The translations under genes were made by a program, and so were the position numbers. 64,000 bases of DNA from an uncultured delta proteobacterium (GTDB lineage Bacteria > Desulfobacterota > Binatia > Binatales > Binataceae): the NCBI GenBank assembly GCA_963724765.1, contig CAVRVY010000001.1, forward strand, positions 96,001 through 160,000, given 5' to 3'. Positions 57,166 through 64,000 of this stretch are shown one piece after another; within the stretch, counting starts at the first letter, position 1; each line of letters starts with the position of its first letter. The notes beneath the pieces are model-generated. The model was not told the origin of the DNA. It saw only the letters and a program-made list of their open reading frames with translations, and did no database searches.

Positions 57166-58736
57166 GCAGTACTTCCCAGCGAACCGCCGGCCTTTCATCC
57201 GCAGAAAAGCGTGCCCTGCTTGCCCAACTTCTTCGAAAAAAGGCGGGACGTTCAAAATCAGTATATCCATTATCCTATAATCAACAGGGTATATGGTTCC
57301 TCTACCAACTTGCGCCGGAAAGTACGATTTACAATGTCACTTTCGCCGCGCGCGTCTCCTCCGAGCTGGATATCGGCGCCTTGCGCGGCGCGTTTCAGGC
57401 GCTGGTTGATCGCCATCCCTCGCTCCGGACCACCTTTTCGGTTGACGCCGGTAACCCCGTTCAACAAGTCCACGAACATCAAAAGGTCCACTTCGAGGAG
57501 ACAGATGCGGCAGCCTGGAGCGGCGATGAGCTGAAGTCACGCCTGGCCGAGGACGCCTATCGACCTTTCGACCTGGAACGAGGCCCCGTTCTGCGGGTGA
57601 GCCTGTTCACGCGTTCGGCGCTGGAACACGTCCTGTTGCTGGCGGTGCATCACATCGTCATCGATTTCTGGTCGCTGGCGGTGATCCTGAACGAGCTCAG
57701 CGTATTGTATTCCGCGCAAAAGGCTGGCTCGCCGGCGGTTCTGCCTTCGCTCGATTTGCAATACACGGATTACCTTCGTTGGCAAACCGAAATGCTGGGG
57801 GGCCCGCAAGGCGAAAGGCTGTGGAGCTATTGGCGCAAGCAATTGGCTGCACCACTGCCCGTGCTGAACCTCCCTGTCGATCGGCCGCGGCCGCCAATTC
57901 AGACGTATCGCGGCGCCTCTCACGACTTCACCTTGAACGATGAACTAAGCGGACTCCTCAAGACTCTCGCCAGGGCCAACGGCGTGACCTTGTATATGGT
58001 CCTTCTGGCGGCGTTCCAGGTGACGCTTTTCCACCTGACTGGTCAGGAAGACCTTCTGGTGGCTTCTCCCGTGGTCGGCCGCAATCGGGCCGAATTCGAG
58101 GGGATCGTGGGACTGTTCACCAATCCCGTCATGCTGCGGGCGAATCTTTCCGGAAATCCAACTTTCCAGGCGTTTCTTGCCCAGGTGCGCCAAACCGTTC
58201 TGGCCGCGCTCGAGCATCAGGATTATCCGACTCTGCTCCTGGTCCAGCGGCTCCGGCCGCCGAGGGATCTCAGCCGTCCGCCGTTGTCTCAAGTGATGTT
58301 CGTGCTGGATAAATCGCACCGGCTGACGGAGCAGGGGACGCCCGCATTCGTGCTGGGCGAAACCGGGTTGCGGATGAATCCTGGCGGGTTGATGCTGGAA
58401 TCCTTCCCTCTGGAACGCCGGTCGGCCACACTCGACCTCGCAATATTGATAATCGAGACGCCAGGCGCTCTCTCTCTTTCCGTACGCTACAACAGAGATC
58501 TGTTTGAGCCTGCCACCATCTCTCGAATCGCGGGAAATTTTGAAACCCTTCTGCGCCGTGTCGTCATAGAGCCCGAGGCCAGGTTGAGCGCATTAAGCGA
58601 GGCGCTCGCGCGGGCGGACAGACAACAACAGGAAGCGACCCGAAAACAGTGCCGGCAAATTAATTCGCAGAAATTAAAAACCGTCAAGCGCAAAACGCTT
58701 GCTCTGCCGCAACTCCATCGTAATGGCGCCCTATGA
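57162..58736 (+). CDS. Stand-alone NRPS condensation domain protein
   Basis: PLSYNQ, RHPSLRT, HHIVIDFWS; basic C-terminal tail KLKTVKRK. Confidence 0.92.
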   Translation: MSSTSQRTAGLSSAEKRALLAQLLRKKAGRSKSVYPLSYNQQGIWFLYQLAPESTIYNVTFAARVSSELDIGALRGAFQALVDRHPSLRTTFSVDAGNPVQQVHEHQKVHFEETDAAAWSGDELKSRLAEDAYRPFDLERGPVLRVSLFTRSALEHVLLLAVHHIVIDFWSLAVILNELSVLYSAQKAGSPAVLPSLDLQYTDYLRWQTEMLGGPQGERLWSYWRKQLAAPLPVLNLPVDRPRPPIQTYRGASHDFTLNDELSGLLKTLARANGVTLYMVLLAAFQVTLFHLTGQEDLLVASPVVGRNRAEFEGIVGLFTNPVMLRANLSGNPTFQAFLAQVRQTVLAALEHQDYPTLLLVQRLRPPRDLSRPPLSQVMFVLDKSHRLTEQGTPAFVLGETGLRMNPGGLMLESFPLERRSATLDLAILIIETPGALSLSVRYNRDLFEPATISRIAGNFETLLRRVVIEPEARLSALSEALARADRQQQEATRKQCRQINSQKLKTVKRKTLALPQLHRNGAL

Positions 58737-61700
58737 GAAGCTCGGAACCCGCGCAACAGAGTGCAGGCGTGTCCGGGAGATTTATCGAAGGGTTTCGACT
58801 TTCGCCTCAGCAGAAGCATCTGTGGTCGTTGCAGCAGGTTGACCAAAGTCCGTCTTATCGTGCTCAATGCGCCATTCTGATTGAAGGAAATGTTGATACC
58901 GGCATTTTGAAAGCAGCCTTGCGCAATGTCTGGGATCGACATGAGATACTCCGCACTGCTTTTCAATGCCTGCCTGGAATAGACGGTCCATTTCAGGTTA
59001 TGACCGACGGCGGCGTACTATCTGTCGATAGCTACAACCTCACCGGTTGGGATTCTCCTCGGCAGGAGGCTCGAATCGCAGCGCTGTGCCAAAAAGCGAA
59101 CGAGACACCTCTTGACTTCGAGCAGGGGCGAATCTCTCAGGTATCCCTGATTACTCTGTCGCCGACCCGGCATACGTTACTTGTCAGTCTGTCGTCACTT
59201 TGCGCGGACAGTATATCGCTCAACAATTTGATGCGGGAAATCTGTGATGCGTATTCGGCCTATCTGCGGCATGAAGAACTTGCCGACCAACCGGCGCAAT
59301 ACGCTGATCTCGCAGAATGGCAAAACGAGCTACTTGAATCGGAAGATACGAAAACAGGGAGAGACTACTGGCGCAGACAGGATTTCGCGGACCTCCCTGC
59401 TTTTAAGCTTCCGTATGAAGGTCAATCTCCGATAAAGCCGGGATTTAGGCCGCTCTTTGTGGCCTCGACGATTGATTCTGGCAGCCTGGCGAAGGTAAGG
59501 ACGCTCACGCGGAAGTACGACGCTTCGGCTTGCGCATTTCTGTTGGCATGCTGGCAGATCCTGCTCTGGCGTCTTGTCGGAGAATCGGACTTTGTCGTGG
59601 GGATGGCCTGCGATGGCCGTGCATATGAGGAGCTCCAGAAGACCCTGGGGCTGTTTTCAAAACACCTGCCGCTTCGTTGTCATCTGGAGGGGAAGCTCCA
59701 GTTCTGTGAAATCCTGCGGCGAGTCGATGAATCGGCCTGCGAAGCGCTGCAATGGCAGGAGTATTTCAGTTGGGAACACGTTGCCGGATCGAATGGAAAT
59801 CTACCAGCGACGCCATTTTGCGCCGCCGGTTTCGAGTTTCGGGAACAAACCGTCAAGTATTCCGCCGCCGACCTGACATTTTCCATTCGCAAGCAACTTG
59901 TCTACGCCGATCGTTTCAAAGTGAAACTGTCCTGTTTTCAGAAGGAAGACCTGGTAGTCGCCCAATTTCACTATGACTCGAGCTTGTTCCGCGCCGAGGA
60001 TATCAAACGTCTGAACGAGCAGTTTCACAAGTTGCTGGAAAGTGCTGTGAGGAACCCGGAAGCCGCCATCAACGAGTTGGAAATTCTAAGCACCGCTCAA
60101 CGACAACAACTGTTGGCAGAGTTCAACGCTACCGAAACCGATTTTCCAGAAGACAAGCTCATCCACCAACTGTTCGAAGAACAAGTCGAGCGCACGCCCG
60201 ACAGCGTCGCCGTGGCCTTTGAGCAGCAGCAGTTGAGCTATGCTCAACTCAATGCTCGCGCCAATCAATTGGCCCATCACCTGCAGGCTCTGGGCGTCAG
60301 CTCGGATGTGCCGGTGGCGATTTGTATGACGCGCTGCCCAGAGATGGTAGTAGGACTTCTTGGAATTCTTAAAGCCGGAGGCGCGTACCTGCCGTTGGAT
60401 CCGGCCTATCCGAAAGAGCGACTGGCCTTCATGCTGGAGGATGCCCGGGCGCCAGTGCTGCTGACGCAATCGCGTGTCGCGGCAAGTATGCCCGTTCATC
60501 GAGCGCACCTCCTATGCCTGGACTCAGGATGGGAGGCCATCGGACGAGAGAGTAAAGAGAATCCGGTCAGCAGGTCCACGGTCAGGAACCTTGCGTATGT
60601 GATTTACACATCGGGCTCAACTGGAGAGCCCAAGGGAGTGATGGTCGAGCACAGGAGTCTGGTCAACTACCTGTGCTGGCTCGGTGAGGGGCTGCTGGGC
60701 GACGCGCTAAAGCACCTGCCTTTGACTACCAGACTGACTTTCGACATGTGTCTGAAACAATTGTTTCCGCCGCTCCTGCGCGGAGGTGAGGTCTGGATAC
60801 TTTCGGAAGAGATCGCGGTCGAGCCCACAAAGCTGCTTTCGGCCCTTGGTGCGCGGACAGGGGTGGGGCTCAACTGCGTACCTTCCTTATGGAAGGCCAT
60901 GCTACAGGCAATCGACTCCGGGCACGCCATAAATCCGGCTGGAAGCCTCGCGTATCTATTGTTCGGCGGCGAACAACTAAGTCAAGATCTATCCGACAGT
61001 TCCTTGTCCGCGCTGCCCAAGCTCCAGATCTGGAACATATACGGGCCGACCGAGGCCACTGCCAATGCGTGCGCTGCTAAAATAGGTGCCGGAGAGGAGA
61101 TAACCATTGGTCGTCCCATTGCTAATACTCAGATCTATATTTTGGATTCCTTTTTGCGTCCTGTCCCTATCGGCATTCCGGGCGAGTTATATATTGGCGG
61201 AACAGGCGTGGCCCGAGGCTATCTCAACCGGCCGGAGTTGACTGCCGAGAAATTCATTCCACACCCCTTCAGCGCCCGAGCGGGAGCCCGAATGTACAAA
61301 ACCGGGGATCTGGCTCGCTACTTGCCCGACGGGAGGATCGAGTTCCTCGGCCGTACTGACTACCAGGTTAAAATTCGAGGATTCCGGATCGAATTGGGCG
61401 AGCTCGAGGCGGTGCTTGGCGAACACCCGGCCGTGCGCGAGGCTGTCGTCGCGGCTCAGGACGACGCGTCCGGAGAAAAGCGGCTGGTGGCCTATATCGT
61501 CGCTGAGCGAGAGTTCCGCCTTACGGCTAATGACCTGCGCGGCTTTTTGCGCCAGAGGCTGCCCGAGTACATGGTCCCCGCGACCTTTGTGCTGCTGGAT
61601 GCTCTGCCGCTGATGCTCAACGGTAAAGTAGACCGCCGTGCGCTGCCGGCGCTCGACCGAACCAGACCCGAACGGGAGAGCGCTTTCGTTATACCGCGCA

Positions 61701-64000
61701 GCCCTACAGAGGAGATCCTGACCGAGATTTGGGTCCAGCTACTAGGCATTGAACGGATAGGCATTCACGACAATTTCTTCGATCTCGGCGGTCATTCTCT
61801 TCTGGCGACCCAGGCCGTTTCCCGAATACGCGACGCCTTCGGAGTGGAAATACCACTGCGCCGGCTGTTCGAAGTGCCCACGGTGGCCGGCTTGGCCGAA
61901 AACATCGAGGTGGCGCGCCGGGCGGGACATGAGCTGCAGGCACCGCCAATAGTGCCTATCGCGCGCGACGGAGATCTGCCGCTCTCTTTTGCCCAGCAGC
62001 GGCTGTGGTTCATCGATCAGTTGGCGCCGGGTGACTCCGCCTACAATATTTCGGCCGCCATCCGCCTCAAAGGACCACTCAACGTGGTCGCATTGGAGCG
62101 TAGTCTCAGCGAGATCGTGAAGCGTCATGAAGCCTTGCGGACGACCTTTACGATAATGGATGGATCTCCGGCCCAGGTCATTGCCCCGACCCTGACGATG
62201 GCGCTGCCGGCAATCGACCTGCGGAATCTGCCCGAGCACGAGCGAGAGATAGAGGTTCAGCGGCTGGGTGCCGAAGAGGCCCGGCGGCCGTTTGATTTAG
62301 CCCAGGGCCCGCTGTTGCGAATCGCTCTGCTACGACTGGGCGAAGAGGAGCATGTGGGGCTCCTCACGATGCATCATATTGTCTCTGACGGTTGGTCAAC
62401 CGGAATACTGATCCGGGAGATGGCTGTGCTCTACGAAGCTTTCTCTTCGGGAAAAGCCTCACCACTGCCCGAACTGCCGATCCAATATGCGGACTTCGCC
62501 AACTGGCAGCGCCATTGGTTGCAGGGAGAAGTCCTGGAGACCCAGCTTGCCTATTGGAAGCAGCAATTGCTCGGCAGCCCGCCTCTGCTGGAGCTGCCTT
62601 TGGAACGCTCCAGGCCGGTGGTCCAGAGTTTCCGCGGTGCCCATAGATCGTTGCTGTTGCCCAGGACCGTAGGCGACGCATTAAAGACGCTGAGCCGCGA
62701 CGAAGGGGTTACCCTGTTCATGACGTTGCTCGCGGTGTTCAAGATTTTGTTGCATCGCTACACGAGTCAAGACGACTTGATCGTGGGCACGCCGATCGCC
62801 AACCGCAACCATACGGAGATCGAGGGACTGATTGGATTCTTCGTCAATACTCTGGTCTTACGCACTGACCTCTCAGGTAATCCCGGTTTTCGGGAGCTTG
62901 TGCGCCGGGTGCGGGAAGTGTGTTTGGCAGCATATAGCCACCAGGACCTGCCCTTTGAAAAGTTGGTTGAAGAATTACACCTGGAGCGGGACTTAAGCCG
63001 CAACCCGCTCTTTCAGGTGATGTTCGTGCTGAACAGCGCGGTAGCGGAAACGGTAGAGCTGAGAGGCCTGATCGTAAGCCCTGTGAAGGGTGACGGCGAG
63101 ACAGCTCACGTCGACTTGACCATGCAGATAAGTGAGACCCAGCAAGGGTTGATGGAAGTGGCATTGGTATACAACACCGATCTGTTTGAGGCCGCTACAA
63201 TCACTCGTATGCTGGCGCATTTTCAGACCCTCCTGGAGGGCGTAGTCGCAGCGCCCGATCGGCGCCTCTCGGAGTTGCCACTATTGAGCGACGCAGAGCG
63301 GCATCAGCTGATGGTTGAGTGGAACGGCAGCAAGATCGACGATCCGAGAAATCTGTGTATCCATCAGCTTTTTGAAACGCAGGTAGAACGAGCCCCGAAC
63401 GCGATCGCGGTAGAGTTTGAAGGTGCGCAACTGACATATGGTGAGCTGAACGGCCGGGCTAATCAACTGGCTCATCACTTGCGGACTCTGGGAGTGGGAC
63501 CGGACGTGCCCGTCGGGATCTGCCTGGAGTCCTCGTTGGAGATGGTCGTCGGCTTAATAGGCATTCTCAAGGCGGGTGGAGTATACGTACCGCTGGACCC
63601 GGTCTGTCCGAGCGAGCGCCTGGCCTTCATGCTCGAAGATACCGGGACGCCAGTGCTGTTGACTCAGGAGCGATTGGTGCCGGGGCTGCCTGGACATCGG
63701 GCCAAAGTAGTCTGTCTGGATTCTGGCTGGGAGACCATTGCCCGACAAAACCGTAAGAACCCCATCAACGTAGCCGTGTTGGACAATCTGGCTTATGTTA
63801 TTTACACCTCCGGCTCCACGGGTCAACCGAAGGGAGTTCTCGTCCCACACAGTTCGATAGTGAATCACTGCTGCGATATTCAAAAATACTATGAGCTTGA
63901 CTCAAGCGATCGGATACTTCAGTTCTCTTCACTGAGTTTTGATTTATCATTGGAGCAAATGTTGCCGACACTTATCGTCGGGGCCACGCTCGTGTTGGAA
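58733..64000 (+). CDS. NRPS, 3'-truncated: C*(degenerate)-A-T-C-A...
   Basis: Absent from the ORF track, consistent with running off the window. ATG overlaps upstream TGA. Motifs: IEGFRLSPQQKHLW, YTSGSTGEPKG (~60605), DNFFDLGGHS (~61770), MHHIVSDGW (62369), YTSGSTGQPKG (~63803). Frame spot-checked at several motifs. Confidence 0.93.
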   Translation, partial: MRSSEPAQQSAGVSGRFIEGFRLSPQQKHLWSLQQVDQSPSYRAQCAILIEGNVDTGILKAALRNVWDRHEILRTAFQCLPGIDGPFQVMTDGGVLSVDSYNLTGWDSPRQEARIAALCQKANETPLDFEQGRISQVSLITLSPTRHTLLVSLSSLCADSISLNNLMREICDAYSAYLRHEELADQPAQYADLAEWQNELLESEDTKTGRDYWRRQDFADLPAFKLPYEGQSPIKPGFRPLFVASTIDSGSLAKVRTLTRKYDASACAFLLACWQILLWRLVGESDFVVGMACDGRAYEELQKTLGLFSKHLPLRCHLEGKLQFCEILRRVDESACEALQWQEYFSWEHVAGSNGNLPATPFCAAGFEFREQTVKYSAADLTFSIRKQLVYADRFKVKLSCFQKEDLVVAQFHYDSSLFRAEDIKRLNEQFHKLLESAVRNPEAAINELEILSTAQRQQLLAEFNATETDFPEDKLIHQLFEEQVERTPDSVAVAFEQQQLSYAQLNARANQLAHHLQALGVSSDVPVAICMTRCPEMVVGLLGILKAGGAYLPLDPAYPKERLAFMLEDARAPVLLTQSRVAASMPVHRAHLLCLDSGWEAIGRESKENPVSRSTVRNLAYVIYTSGSTGEPKGVMVEHRSLVNYLCWLGEGLLGDALKHLPLTTRLTFDMCLKQLFPPLLRGGEVWILSEEIAVEPTKLLSALGARTGVGLNCVPSLWKAMLQAIDSGHAINPAGSLAYLLFGGEQLSQDLSDSSLSALPKLQIWNIYGPTEATANACAAKIGAGEEITIGRPIANTQIYILDSFLRPVPIGIPGELYIGGTGVARGYLNRPELTAEKFIPHPFSARAGARMYKTGDLARYLPDGRIEFLGRTDYQVKIRGFRIELGELEAVLGEHPAVREAVVAAQDDASGEKRLVAYIVAEREFRLTANDLRGFLRQRLPEYMVPATFVLLDALPLMLNGKVDRRALPALDRTRPERESAFVIPRSPTEEILTEIWVQLLGIERIGIHDNFFDLGGHSLLATQAVSRIRDAFGVEIPLRRLFEVPTVAGLAENIEVARRAGHELQAPPIVPIARDGDLPLSFAQQRLWFIDQLAPGDSAYNISAAIRLKGPLNVVALERSLSEIVKRHEALRTTFTIMDGSPAQVIAPTLTMALPAIDLRNLPEHEREIEVQRLGAEEARRPFDLAQGPLLRIALLRLGEEEHVGLLTMHHIVSDGWSTGILIREMAVLYEAFSSGKASPLPELPIQYADFANWQRHWLQGEVLETQLAYWKQQLLGSPPLLELPLERSRPVVQSFRGAHRSLLLPRTVGDALKTLSRDEGVTLFMTLLAVFKILLHRYTSQDDLIVGTPIANRNHTEIEGLIGFFVNTLVLRTDLSGNPGFRELVRRVREVCLAAYSHQDLPFEKLVEELHLERDLSRNPLFQVMFVLNSAVAETVELRGLIVSPVKGDGETAHVDLTMQISETQQGLMEVALVYNTDLFEAATITRMLAHFQTLLEGVVAAPDRRLSELPLLSDAERHQLMVEWNGSKIDDPRNLCIHQLFETQVERAPNAIAVEFEGAQLTYGELNGRANQLAHHLRTLGVGPDVPVGICLESSLEMVVGLIGILKAGGVYVPLDPVCPSERLAFMLEDTGTPVLLTQERLVPGLPGHRAKVVCLDSGWETIARQNRKNPINVAVLDNLAYVIYTSGSTGQPKGVLVPHSSIVNHCCDIQKYYELDSSDRILQFSSLSFDLSLEQMLPTLIVGATLVLE

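Noticed and set aside
58782-63883. Many short ORFs suggesting a pseudogenised region
   Set aside because: They are alternative-frame ORFs over one NRPS reading frame starting at 58733 that the track omits.

Overview
GC-rich bacterial chromosome segment. The gene content (TTQ amine dehydrogenase pair, paired Crp/Fnr regulators, EPS-tailoring genes) suggests a soil organism such as Candidatus Binatota, but that is inference only. (1) 1-~14.5 kb: an integrative element at the 3' end of tRNA-Leu(TAG), with its left end outside the window. It looks like a phage satellite: two paralogous tyrosine integrases, two excisionase/AlpA-like HTH proteins, an XRE repressor, a CGNR zinc-finger protein, a RepA-type helicase followed by a symmetric GGGAACAG iteron array, a DUF5681/TerS-like protein, and a 724-aa tape-measure-like protein. 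No capsid, portal, TerL or other tail genes are visible. This is the best candidate for an undescribed system. (2) 14.8-31.8 kb: surface-polysaccharide tailoring locus with two sigma54 promoters, two lysozyme/SLT-like paralogs, methyltransferase, FemAB-like GNAT, Wzy/O-antigen ligase, deacetylases, FkbH+ACP, an IS630 and an A-T-TE enzyme. (3) 32-39 kb: DsbA-like, ROK kinase, ilvD and a minimal mauB-mauA pair. (4) 39-48 kb: stress island with BON proteins, ElaB/YqjE-like proteins, a periodically interrupted collagen-OmpA lipoprotein, tandem Crp/Fnr regulators and a DUF3494 ice-binding protein. (5) 49.2-64 kb: start of a FAAL-PKS-C-NRPS lipopeptide cluster that runs off the right edge. All family calls come from motif reading by eye; no database searches were run.
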